The notes: generated from the sequence alone by a model not told the origin. A stretch of DNA of 64,000 nt from Spirochaetia bacterium (GCA_965140585.1 OZ223264.1:480001-544000), one strand, 5' to 3'; positions 19,639 to 29,006 are shown, numbered from the stretch's first letter. Program-made: numbers and translations.

Positions 19639-21206
19639 TCACTGCCCCCGGCTGCTGCATTTTCTTCGGGGACTCCGGCCATCATCAGCCCCAGTTTATT
19701 GATATCAGCGTTTTTGCTGTCCACTATTCCCATAATCCTGCCTTCGAACATTACCGCTATCCGGTCTGAAACAGTGAGCAGTTCCTCCAGATCTTCCGAC
19801 ACCAGAAGCACTGCCTTTCCGCAGTCCCTCTGCTTGACCATCTGAAGCCTTACTGCTTCAGTAGCTCCTACATCAAGGCCTCTGGACGGGTAAGCTGCAA
19901 CCAGAAGTCCGCCGCATGCATCAATTTCTCTTGCAAGAATTGTTTTCTGGATGTTCCCTCCGGAGAGGAATTTTACATGTGTATGCGGTCCAGGCGTTGT
20001 AATGCTGAATGCGGAAATCATTTTTTTTGCAAAATCGAGTATCTTTGAGGAGCTCATGACTCCCCGGCTGACGATGGGCTGCTTTCTGTAGCCCTTCATT
20101 ACAAGGTTGTTTGCAACGCTCATATCGCCGACTATTCCCATTGCAACCCTGTCCGAGGGGATATGGCTTACACCGGCCTTTATCAGTTCGAGCGGCTGTC
20201 TGTTTGTCCGGTTGCTGCCGTTAAGCATAATCTGTCCGGATGATACATTTCGAAGGCCGGTAACAGCTTCGGTCAGTTCAACCTGACCGTTTCCTGCAAC
20301 TCCGGCTACACCCAGAACTTCCCCCTCACGTATGGTGAGATTTACATCCTTAAGAACAGCTTTTTCATGTTCGCTTACAGCTGTTACATTCTTCAGTTCC
20401 AGTACCGGGTCTCCCGGTTCAGACGGTTTTTTATTTATATTGAAAAGAACTTCCCTTCCGACCATTAAACGGGCCAGTTCCTCCGGGTTTGTCTGTGCTG
20501 TTTCCTTAACTGCTATCAGCTTTCCCTTCTGCAGAACTCTTACCCAGTCGGAGAATTCCATTACTTCTTCCATCTTGTGGGTTATGAAAATGGCTGATTT
20601 TCCTTCCGAAGTCATCTGCTTGATAACAGCATTGAGTTCTGCAGACTCCTGGGGTGTTAGGACCGCTGTAGGTTCGTCAAGGATTAGAATGTCCGCACCT
20701 CGGTAGATCAGTTTGAGAATCTCAACCCGCTGGCGTTCTCCTACGCTCAGCCGTCCGACAAGGGCACGCGGATTCACCTTTAGATCATAGTGTTCGGAAA
20801 TTTCCTTTATCCGCTTTTCTGCCTCTCTTAGATCGGGAATGAAATTCTGGTGAAGATCGCCAAGAATTACATTCTCAATCACACTCATTGTATCTACGAG
20901 TTTAAAATTCTGATGGACCATTCCGATCCCGAGTTCCATGGAGTCCTTCGGTGAGGAAATATTCACCTTCTTTCCATGCAGGAAGATCTCCCCCTCATCC
21001 GGTCTGTAAAGTCCGATCAGGACGTTCATCAGTGAGCTTTTACCTGCACCGTTTTCACCAAGCAGGGCAAGTACTTCTCCGCTGAAAAGTTCCAGATCGA
21101 CGTGATCATTCGCAAGCACTCCCGGGAACTGTTTGGTAATCCCTCTCATTTCCAGGATCATATGAGGGGCCGTATTATCTGTATTCTGATTTTCTGTTGG
21201 AATCAA
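19635..21206 (-). CDS. Nucleoside/sugar ABC transporter double-NBD ATPase
   Basis: GENGAGKS, LSVGERQ, ILDEPT; second domain LSGGNIQK. Confidence 0.92.
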   Translation of the reverse strand: MIPTENQNTDNTAPHMILEMRGITKQFPGVLANDHVDLELFSGEVLALLGENGAGKSSLMNVLIGLYRPDEGEIFLHGKKVNISSPKDSMELGIGMVHQNFKLVDTMSVIENVILGDLHQNFIPDLREAEKRIKEISEHYDLKVNPRALVGRLSVGERQRVEILKLIYRGADILILDEPTAVLTPQESAELNAVIKQMTSEGKSAIFITHKMEEVMEFSDWVRVLQKGKLIAVKETAQTNPEELARLMVGREVLFNINKKPSEPGDPVLELKNVTAVSEHEKAVLKDVNLTIREGEVLGVAGVAGNGQVELTEAVTGLRNVSSGQIMLNGSNRTNRQPLELIKAGVSHIPSDRVAMGIVGDMSVANNLVMKGYRKQPIVSRGVMSSSKILDFAKKMISAFSITTPGPHTHVKFLSGGNIQKTILAREIDACGGLLVAAYPSRGLDVGATEAVRLQMVKQRDCGKAVLLVSEDLEELLTVSDRIAVMFEGRIMGIVDSKNADINKLGLMMAGVPEENAAAGGSE

Positions 21207-21290
21207 CGCGGGTTCCGCCTTCCATTAAATGTAGTTGAAAGGCACGGGACAGAAAGCCCCGTACCGTGATAATAAAAAGTATCTTTGGTT

Positions 21291-22397
21291 TTACTGGCTT
21301 ATTTTGCCTTCAACGCCTTCTACGAACCAGCTCATTCCAAGCAAGTCGCCGTCTGAAGGTGAAGTACCGGCTGCAATTTTAACGCTGCCGCTCTGATCTT
21401 TAACAGGTCCGCTGAATACGTCCCATGAACCTGATTCAATCTTTGCTGCTTCTTCAGCAATAAGAGCCTTTGTTGCATCGTCTACAAGCGGGCTGAAGTC
21501 TGAAAGTTTAACAACCCCTTCCTTGAGACCGCCCCAGTACTGATCGGCTGTCCAGGTTCCGTTCATACCTGCTTCGATTCTGTCGATGTAGTATGTTGAG
21601 AACTCCCACATTGCACTTACAAGTACGCTGTCGCCTACGAATTTACCCATGTCTGAGTGGTAGCCTACAGATACGGCGCCTCTCTCCTGTGCTGCTTTCT
21701 GCGGTTCGGTTGTATCCTGGTGCTGAGCAATAACGTCAGCGCCTGAATCGAGAAGTGCTACAGCAGCTTCTCTTTCAAGAACGGGATCATACCATGTGCT
21801 TGTCCAGACAACCTTAACTACTGCATCCGGATTAACTTTCTTTACACCGAGTGTAAAAGCGTTGATTCCGCGGATAACTTCAGGAATAGGGAAGGCGCCT
21901 ACATAGCCGATGATGTTGCTCTTGGTAGCCTTACCTGCTGCAATACCGCTTAAGTATCTTGCCTGGTAGATTCTTCCGAAGTAGTTGCCCATGTTGTCGA
22001 GGGTTTTATATCCAGAGCAGTGCTCGAAGAGTACATCAGGGAATTCCTCAGCAACTTCAAGTGTAGGATCCATGTAGCCGAAAGATGCTGTGAAAATCAT
22101 CTGACATCCCTGCTGTGCTAGCTGGCGGATAACTCTGGTTGCATCAGGACCTTCAGGCACGTTCTCAACAAATACTGTTTCGATCTTGTCTCCGAGGGCT
22201 TCAACTGCGCCGAGTCTTCCACGGTCGTGTTCGTATGTCCAGCCCAGGTCTCCCGGAATACTGAGATATACAAAACCGACCTTGTACGGCTGTGTTTCTG
22301 GCGACGCGGCGGGTTCTTCCTTTGACCCTCCGGCAAAAGCAACTGCTGAAACCATAACCAGCAGTACAATAAGAAGCGGAAAAATGTGTTTTTTCAT
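21291..22397 (-). CDS. BMP-family (purine nucleoside) ABC substrate-binding protein
   Basis: GDLGWTYEHDRGR, SFGYMD, PIPEVIRGINAF, WYDP, QHQD; leader ends FAGGSKEE. Confidence 0.92.
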   Translation of the reverse strand: MKKHIFPLLIVLLVMVSAVAFAGGSKEEPAASPETQPYKVGFVYLSIPGDLGWTYEHDRGRLGAVEALGDKIETVFVENVPEGPDATRVIRQLAQQGCQMIFTASFGYMDPTLEVAEEFPDVLFEHCSGYKTLDNMGNYFGRIYQARYLSGIAAGKATKSNIIGYVGAFPIPEVIRGINAFTLGVKKVNPDAVVKVVWTSTWYDPVLEREAAVALLDSGADVIAQHQDTTEPQKAAQERGAVSVGYHSDMGKFVGDSVLVSAMWEFSTYYIDRIEAGMNGTWTADQYWGGLKEGVVKLSDFSPLVDDATKALIAEEAAKIESGSWDVFSGPVKDQSGSVKIAAGTSPSDGDLLGMSWFVEGVEGKISQ

Positions 22398-22455
22398 TTT
22401 AAATACCCCTTTTAGGAAAAATAAAAAAGTATTTTACTTCTTAGGAGGTAATAAA

Positions 22456-22962
22456 TCAACCGTGTGAATCAATATCTACAGCATCCCAGGGGTAGCATAT
22501 CCACTTGTCTTCAATTTCTTCACCGACATAGTATCGGTTTATCTCTTCAGGAATAATGCCGCGCTTCTCCTTTAGTTTGTTGTGAAGTACTGCAACGGCT
22601 ATTTCAGAGGGTTCGTCACTCAGGAGCTCTCTGAGACAGTATTCAAGGGTGGTTCGTGAGTCATCAACCTCGTCAACAAGAAGAATCTTCTTCCCCTTCA
22701 GCTTTTTTTCGACTTCATCGATCCACTGGATTTTTTCTGGAGCAGCCTTCGGCTGATTGTTTTTGTCGTAAAGCGAAAGGCCTACAGTCAGAATGGGTCT
22801 TGCAATGAAGGTTTTTATGATTCTGGCCGGAATAAAACCACCGGTTCCTATTGCAACAATAAGATCAGGGTCGTATCCTGATTCAATTATCTCTTCAGCA
22901 AGGTTCTTTATTGTTTTATGTATCTGATTATACGTATAATAGATCTTCTGGGGTTCTGACAT
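22456..22962 (-). CDS. Purine (xanthine/hypoxanthine-guanine) phosphoribosyltransferase
   Basis: AIGTGGFIPARI, PRPP loop ILLVDEVDDSRTTL, WICYPWD; upstream of nucleoside ABC genes. Confidence 0.85.
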   Translation of the reverse strand: MSEPQKIYYTYNQIHKTIKNLAEEIIESGYDPDLIVAIGTGGFIPARIIKTFIARPILTVGLSLYDKNNQPKAAPEKIQWIDEVEKKLKGKKILLVDEVDDSRTTLEYCLRELLSDEPSEIAVAVLHNKLKEKRGIIPEEINRYYVGEEIEDKWICYPWDAVDIDSHG

Positions 22963-22991
22963 GTAAATCTCCGTGTTTGTGGATGGAAGTC

Positions 22992-23020
22992 AGAATAATG
23001 AACTGAAAATAACTTTTCAA
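22992..23020 (-). promoter_or_regulatory. sigma70-like promoter for PRTase/BMP operon
   Basis: Minus strand TTGAAA-17 bp-TATTCT; SD-like GGAG before ATG 22962. Confidence 0.55.
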
Positions 23021-23022
23021 GT

Positions 23023-23190
23023 GAGCTTTTTGCAAAACTCGGTTAGTTTTGCAAAAAGCTTTGAAGCAAAATTTTACATAATCATGTAAAACATTATTTA
23101 ATAACAAATTGTAAAATTTTCTTCATTTACATTAAGGTCGCAATTTCAAAACTTTCTAAGTTTTGAAATTGCCTCAAGTGCAACGCACTA
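23023..23190 (-). repeat. Four-hairpin intergenic element, copy A
   Basis: IRs 23024-39/23045-60 (16 bp perfect), 23062-78/23110-25, 23140-54/23158-72 (15 bp perfect), 23177-81/23185-89; homologous to inverted 37875-38014. Strand is inferred from G-U bias in the other copies. Confidence 0.8.
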
Positions 23191-23218
23191 TTTTTCGAGA
23201 ATATAATCAGAGGAAGAA

Positions 23219-26200
23219 ATGATCAGGATTAAAAATATAATTTTCGGGTTAATGATTGCCGGATGCGGACTTCTTGTGGCTTTTCTGGGCTTTAATATTG
23301 TGCAGAGTACTGTTTCACTAGGCAGTTTTTCGGCAGGAAGCAATACAGTGAAAGTTCCTGAGGGCAAAACAGTCTCTCTGGACAGCCGTTGGCTGTTTGT
23401 AAAAGATGAGCTTGTCGCTCCTGAAGATGCTGCAGTGAGATTCAGCAGTGTCACCGGTACAATTTCACCTAAGATTTTTCCTTCAGGATCCGGAAGTCTG
23501 TATCTTATTCTTGATATCGATGAATCCTGTAAGAATCCGGCGCTTCTTATTAATCCTGTTTATTCCGCTTTTTCAGTTTATATTAATGGTAATTATGCCG
23601 GCGGAGCCGGTTCGCCTGCAGAAAATTACTCCGGTGAAACGGCTTCAACCGATACAATGATTATTCCCTTTCAGACCGACTCCTCAAAGATTGGAATTCT
23701 GATCCATATATCAAACTTTTCACATTACTATGGCGGAAGCCTGCTTAACTGGGTTGAGCTGGGCCGCTTTGATAATATTGTAAAGCGGGAACGCTTCGGC
23801 AAGATTCTTGATTCGCTGATGTTTTTTATGATGCTGGCCTTTGCGGTGATGCACTTTATTAATCAGTTTTACCAGAAGAAAAGGGATTACAGCATGTTTT
23901 TCTCTCTATTCTGCTTTTTCTATTCGCTCTATGTTCTTACAACCGGCAGAATGCTGCTTACCGCCATAATCCCGCAGATTCCACTCGGGCTGGTTTTCAG
24001 GCTTGAGATTATTTTTCTGATATTTTCAGTTCCTCTGCTTGCAAATTATTTCCGTTCGCTTTTCAGTTCCGAGGTTCCGAGATGGTTTGTCATAATTCTG
24101 CAGACAGCGGCTATACCCTTTACTCTGGTGATGGCTGCAGCGCCCCTCTGGATTACTGTCTATGCGGCAAGGGGCTTCATTGCCGTACAGGCCGCAGCAT
24201 TTCTTTTCCTGCTGATCTTCATCATAAGAGCTGTAGCTGCCCACCGGAAATTCAGCAAAATGTCGCTTTTAAGTTTTTCAGTCTTTTTTCTTGTTATGCT
24301 GAATGACGGATTGATTCTGCTTGGTCTGATACATTCGATAAAACTGATATGGGCAGGAGTCTTTCTCTTTATCCTTCCTCAGACATACAAGGTTATAGTA
24401 GACGGATTTACCGATCTGAGAGAATTTCAAACACTGCATATGCAGCTTGCAGCAGTGACAAAGCAGAAAGATCTCTTCTTTTCAAAGAATTCCGATGAAC
24501 TTGCCAAACCAATACATAATATAGTTGAATTGGGTGAGAGCCTGCTGCGAGGCTCAATAGGTCCGCTCAATTCCGAGCAGATAGCAACATCCTCGCTTAT
24601 CGTCTCAAACGGAATCAGGCTTTCCAATATGGTCAACGATCTTGTGGACTTTACCGTCATTAAGGAAAAAACGGTTAAACTCAATTTCGGATCTGTGGAT
24701 CTGTTCAAGGTTTCCAGAAAGGTTATAAGCAGCTGTGACGCCCTTGTTGCAGTTCGGGATCTCTCTCTGATGAGTGAAATTAACAGAGATGATCCTTTTG
24801 CCTACGGAGATGAACGGCGTATTGAGCAGATTCTCTATAATATAATCACAACCTGTATCAGGCATCTTACCAGCGGAAGTATAAATATATCCGCAGATTT
24901 TACAGATACTCATGCTGAACTCAGGATTAAGACTGAAGGCTGCAGTATGGCCGAAGATGCAATAATGCAGCTTCTGAATGTGGAAATCTCAATGTCGAAG
25001 GATAATGAAAGCGAGGATATGGGTGAGATGAGTCTCGCTATCGCATATATTCTGGCAGAGATGCATTCCAGCAGGGTTAATGTTGAAAAGCAGGAGGATG
25101 GCTCGGTTCTGTTCAGCCTTAAACTTGAAAAGTGGGCAGGAGAGGAGCCTCTGAGTGACGAGGAATACCTTGAGATGGATGCACTCATAAATTTGCAGCC
25201 CGTCTTTGATGAGGTTACATCTGACAGGGATATTGAAGTGCTTCTTCTCGGAAAGGATGTAGAAGAACTTCAGATCATGAAAAGCCAGCTCGCCTCAATG
25301 AATTATACGGTAATCCCGATGTTCAACGGCAGAGATGCACTATCCCGCATAAAAAGCGATCCGCCTAATCTGGTAATTGTAAATGTGAAGCTTACGGATA
25401 TGAGCGGATATGATGTCTGCAGCGAAATAAGAACAGTGTATTCAAAAGATGCCCTTCCTGTAATTCTTGTTATGAATAAGGAAGACATGAGTGAAATGAT
25501 GGAAGGGCTAACCTCCGGGGCTAATGACTTCCTTTCTCGCCCGTACATTCAGGAGGAGTTCCTGACAAGGGTAAATACTCATCTCCAGCTTTCAAGAATC
25601 AGCACTGTATACAGCCGCTTCGTTCCAACGGAGTTTCTGCGTTCACTGGGGTCGCATAATATTGTGGATGTTGAACTCGGTGATCAGGTACAGAAGGAGA
25701 TGACAATCCTTTTTGTTGATATCCGTGCATTCACAAACCTGTCTGAAAATATGACTCCGGAGGAAAACTTCAAATTTATCAATTCCTACCTGAGCCGCTT
25801 CAGCCCCATGATAACCAATAACGGAGGGTTTGTTGACAAATACATCGGTGATGCCATCATGGCGCTTTTTCCCAACAGTCCAGAAGATGCAATCAGAGCA
25901 GCAAATCAGATGATTGAGCATGTGGCTGTATACAACGGACATCGTGCCAATGTCGGCTACCGTGCCATCAATATCGGAGTCGGTATCCATACCGGTAACA
26001 TGATTCTGGGAATCATCGGTGATGAAACAAGAATGCAGGGAACCGTTATATCGGATGCTGTAAACCTTGCCAGCCGTATTCAGGATGTTACCAAGCTCTA
26101 CAAGGCCAATGTCGTAATCAGTCAGGAAAGCTTCATGAAAATTGATGATATGATGAATCATAACTTCCGCTTTCTAGGCCGTGTACGGGTAAAGGGCAAG

Positions 26201-26449
26201 GACCAGGCTGTAGCTCTATTTGAAATATTTGACGCCGATACCGAGGAACTGAGAGAGCTTAAGAACAATACCAAGACTGACTTTGAGCAGGCAATTATGA
26301 AATTTTCACTGAAGGATTTTGATGGAGCGCTGGCACTTCTTCAGAGAGTCATGGAACTCAATCCAAATGACAGTACTGCTCAAGTCTTTATTGAACGTAT
26401 AGAAAAAATGCAGATTGCTGAAAAGAAGAACTTTCTTACTTCTCTTTAA
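23219..26449 (+). CDS. 7TM-DISM-like sensor + degenerate histidine kinase + degenerate receiver + class III adenylate cyclase
   Basis: Extracellular domain and about 7 TM helices; H-box-like SDELAKP; REC-like NLVIVNV...GANDFLSRP; cyclase FVDIRAFT, VDKYIGDAIMA, GIHTG, TVISDAVNLASR. Confidence 0.9.
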   Translation: MIRIKNIIFGLMIAGCGLLVAFLGFNIVQSTVSLGSFSAGSNTVKVPEGKTVSLDSRWLFVKDELVAPEDAAVRFSSVTGTISPKIFPSGSGSLYLILDIDESCKNPALLINPVYSAFSVYINGNYAGGAGSPAENYSGETASTDTMIIPFQTDSSKIGILIHISNFSHYYGGSLLNWVELGRFDNIVKRERFGKILDSLMFFMMLAFAVMHFINQFYQKKRDYSMFFSLFCFFYSLYVLTTGRMLLTAIIPQIPLGLVFRLEIIFLIFSVPLLANYFRSLFSSEVPRWFVIILQTAAIPFTLVMAAAPLWITVYAARGFIAVQAAAFLFLLIFIIRAVAAHRKFSKMSLLSFSVFFLVMLNDGLILLGLIHSIKLIWAGVFLFILPQTYKVIVDGFTDLREFQTLHMQLAAVTKQKDLFFSKNSDELAKPIHNIVELGESLLRGSIGPLNSEQIATSSLIVSNGIRLSNMVNDLVDFTVIKEKTVKLNFGSVDLFKVSRKVISSCDALVAVRDLSLMSEINRDDPFAYGDERRIEQILYNIITTCIRHLTSGSINISADFTDTHAELRIKTEGCSMAEDAIMQLLNVEISMSKDNESEDMGEMSLAIAYILAEMHSSRVNVEKQEDGSVLFSLKLEKWAGEEPLSDEEYLEMDALINLQPVFDEVTSDRDIEVLLLGKDVEELQIMKSQLASMNYTVIPMFNGRDALSRIKSDPPNLVIVNVKLTDMSGYDVCSEIRTVYSKDALPVILVMNKEDMSEMMEGLTSGANDFLSRPYIQEEFLTRVNTHLQLSRISTVYSRFVPTEFLRSLGSHNIVDVELGDQVQKEMTILFVDIRAFTNLSENMTPEENFKFINSYLSRFSPMITNNGGFVDKYIGDAIMALFPNSPEDAIRAANQMIEHVAVYNGHRANVGYRAINIGVGIHTGNMILGIIGDETRMQGTVISDAVNLASRIQDVTKLYKANVVISQESFMKIDDMMNHNFRFLGRVRVKGKDQAVALFEIFDADTEELRELKNNTKTDFEQAIMKFSLKDFDGALALLQRVMELNPNDSTAQVFIERIEKMQIAEKKNFLTSL

Positions 26450-27064
26450 TCAGACTGTAGCGTCAGCAATAGCGACTCTGTTTCTACCTGATTCTTTAGC
26501 TTTTTACAGAGCATTGTCGGCACGTGCGAAAATTGATTCAAAATCATCATCCGTTTTATAGCATGAAACCCCTATGCTTACGGTTATAACGGAGCCGGCA
26601 ATAGTGATTTCTTCAACAGTTGATACAAGCTTGTCGCATAGATCCCAAAGTTCTTCACTTATTTCATAAAGGTTTTCATAAGGGGGTTGAACCTCCCTTT
26701 GAATCATTATAGCCTGCAGAAGGCTGTCCCACAGTCTTTCAATCTCAAGAGTGTATTTATGAATCTGCGTTTTATATTTTAAGCTGATGATTACTGTTTC
26801 GGTCTTTTTCAGGATATCTATTTTGTTGTCGATGATATTTATCTGTTCAGCTGTATCAAGTTTATAAATCTCATTTTTAACCAGCCTCTGGATTCCACCT
26901 CTTATCCGCCCGGTTCCATTAAGCATTGTTGAAAAAAAACCAATCTGTCTTGAAATACTGAAAATAATAACACTTGTGATGATAAGAATAATAAGCATAA
27001 TTGATGATACAATGAGTAGATTCGTTGTTACTGATCGCTGATCCTGTCCCCGTCTTTGTTTCAT
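26450..27064 (-). pseudogene. Diguanylate cyclase remnant: NarX/PilJ-like sensor fused to GGDEF C-terminus, with nonsense codon
   Basis: ITVSIGVS...FARADNAL*KAKESGRNRV; TAA at 26504-26506 replaces the Tyr of ADxALYxAKxxGRN; GGDEF motif and most of the domain absent. Confidence 0.85.
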
Positions 27065-27118
27065 ATCTGACAGTTTTAAGTATTATTTTTAAGGGAGCGT
27101 ATATCAAGTCCGGAGATT

Positions 27119-27953
27119 TTATTGTGTAAAGGCCTCAATTCTGACTGACGGCAGTCCCTGCTCTGTAATTTGATGTTTCCCCGTCAGCAGACTGAAGATT
27201 TCTGCGGCGTTCTGAATTGCCTTGCCCTTATGATGGTTATTGAAGGTAATCAGAAGCCTGTTGACTCTTGAGGCTATTTCCTCAATACGGCATAACCAGG
27301 ACTGAAGCTCGTGGTTATTGTACAGGTAATCGTAGCGGCTGGTGCTGTCTCCACCCCACCAGTTTTCTGCGTTCCGGCCGTGAAAGCGGATGTATCCGAT
27401 ATCTGAAGTTGTTACCGATGTCGGCAGCGGTAGTTTGTCGAGCAGCGGGAGATCTGTCTGCACAAAACAGATATTTCTTGCTGAAAAAATCATGGTACAC
27501 CTTTTCAAGCATCCATTCACTGTTGCGGAACTCAATGCACAGCGGGAGTCCGGAAAGTATTCCTGTCAGTTCTGATAGATAGAGCCTGTTGGTTCGGTTG
27601 TGATGAAAACTGAAGGGGAACTGAATAAGTACCGAGGCCAGCCTGTCCTTTTCTTTCATCGGTGTGAGTGCGTGATAGAAGGTCTCTGCATCCTGCTGCC
27701 ATCCCTTTCCCCTGCCGTGTGTCAGGCTCTGGAAGGCCTTGACTGAAAACCGGAATGTTTCCGGCGTCTGGGTGACGAAGTTTAGAATCTGACTGCGCTC
27801 GGGCATCCGGTAATAGGAATAATTGAGTTCGCAGAGAGGGAAGCGTTCGCTGTAAAAACCCAGGTACTCATCTTTTCTGAGGGTTTCCGGATAGAAAACG
27901 CTCTTCCAGTCGGGATAATAGTAGCCGGATGTTCCGATAAGGATTTCAGCCAT
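27119..27953 (-). pseudogene. DUF72-family protein, frameshifted at A6 tract 27484-27489 (possible sequencing error)
   Basis: IGTSGY..PDW...ELNYSYYRMP...SVKA...QFPFSF...EFRNSEW in one frame; YIRFHG...YDYLY...FNNH...AIQNA in the next; removing one base joins them. Confidence 0.8.
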
Positions 27954-27960
27954 GGCAGTC

Positions 27961-28003
27961 ATTATATCTGTGCTTGCACATAAAATCCATATCCGGTTAT
28001 TAT
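27961..28003. promoter_or_regulatory. Back-to-back divergent promoters, both predicted leaderless
   Basis: Minus: TATAAT (27961-66) 7 nt before ATG 27953. Plus: TTGCAC(27974)-18 bp-TATTAT(27998) 6 nt before ATG 28010. Confidence 0.5.
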
Positions 28004-28009
28004 TTGAAC

Positions 28010-28882
28010 ATGCAAATAGAAACTCTCAATCAAAAACAGATAATAGATGCCTCAGGCGGACTTTTAGCCGGGCTGCTTGAGCTTTGGGCTGATGCCTCAA
28101 CTTTACGCTTCGGCTCTGCCGTTCCTGTAATGCTTGGTAACCGTCGTGATAATGCCAGTCCTGTCAGCCAGGGAATCCTGACCGAGACCGTACTTACAAG
28201 CAAAGACGGCAGCCTAGTTATGATGATCTGGTGCGATCCAATGGAGCTTTACTATGATAAAAGGATTGCTGAATCCGGCTACAGCAGTGAGCTTATCACC
28301 GAGATTTCGGAAATGCTACGGACCGGAACTGCGCCGGGTAAAGAGTTTGATCCGGTTAAGCATCCGGATAAGATTGAATGGGACGGAATTGCCAGACAGA
28401 TAGGCCGCTGGCTGCTGCGTGTTCGCGGGTTTAAAAAGCTTCGCAATGAGGACCGCCACTTTCATGAGCTTGAAAGTTTCCTGAACCTTGAACTGATGAT
28501 ACCTCCGCTCTATGCGCTTTTTGATGAAGCCGGCTACAGCTGGAAGTCCGGGGAAGAGAAGCGGATAAGGGATGTCCTTGAGGGGCTCAAGAATATGGAT
28601 GAACCGTCAAAGCGGATAGATCGGGTGCTTAACTGTATAAGGCTCAGTTTTATTTACCGGTATTCAGCTGAGGCCGGCATTGATTCAACAGAACTTAAAG
28701 AAACGGTTATCAGCCGGTTTGAATCATTTCCGGAGCTTATAAAAAAAATATCCGCGATGGCTGATAATGCGGATCCTGTTTCACCGGAAGGTAATATTTC
28801 ATTCCGGAAAGAGCTTGTAAGAACATTCCGGATTCCCGGAAGCTGGTCGACCGTCGATGAAGTTGCGACAGCAACAGTTTAA
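28010..28882 (+). CDS. Hypothetical protein (about 290 aa)
   Basis: Long ORF with protein-like composition and downstream terminator-like hairpin; no motif recognised; ATG 28010 chosen from promoter geometry. Confidence 0.75.
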   Translation: MQIETLNQKQIIDASGGLLAGLLELWADASTLRFGSAVPVMLGNRRDNASPVSQGILTETVLTSKDGSLVMMIWCDPMELYYDKRIAESGYSSELITEISEMLRTGTAPGKEFDPVKHPDKIEWDGIARQIGRWLLRVRGFKKLRNEDRHFHELESFLNLELMIPPLYALFDEAGYSWKSGEEKRIRDVLEGLKNMDEPSKRIDRVLNCIRLSFIYRYSAEAGIDSTELKETVISRFESFPELIKKISAMADNADPVSPEGNISFRKELVRTFRIPGSWSTVDEVATATV

Positions 28883-28923
28883 GGAAGTAATTTCTAGTAA
28901 CTGATGACTTTGTAAGTTCTTGA

Positions 28924-28958
28924 CCTGTAATTTCTGGAGATTACATCAGGGTTTTTTT
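28924..28958 (+). terminator. Probable intrinsic terminator
   Basis: TGTAATTTC/GAGATTACA stem followed shortly by T7. Confidence 0.5.
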
Positions 28959-28971
28959 ATAAAAAGCTCCA

Positions 28972-29001
28972 TTGACATATCACAGCAGCTGCTGTTACTA
29001 T
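28972..29001 (+). promoter_or_regulatory. sigma70-like promoter of rib operon
   Basis: TTGACA(28972)-18 bp-TACTAT(28996) with TG extension; predicted start site coincides with riboswitch 5' end. Confidence 0.7.
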
Positions 29002-29006
29002 GTTCC

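Noticed and set aside
21241-21265. Hairpin after the BMP gene
   Set aside because: Fits an ordinary mRNA-stabilising stem after an ABC binding-protein gene
23023-23190. CRISPR array or integron attC interpretation of the hairpin clusters
   Set aside because: No identical direct repeats with spacers, no cas or integrase gene, no cassette organisation
28880-28920. TAAGGAAGTAATTTC resembling the element linker and hairpin start
   Set aside because: The complementary arm is absent; a short AT-rich match could be chance
28901-28950. CTGATGA hammerhead ribozyme core
   Set aside because: The short stem after it is followed by TTCT, not GAAA; no three-stem junction can be built
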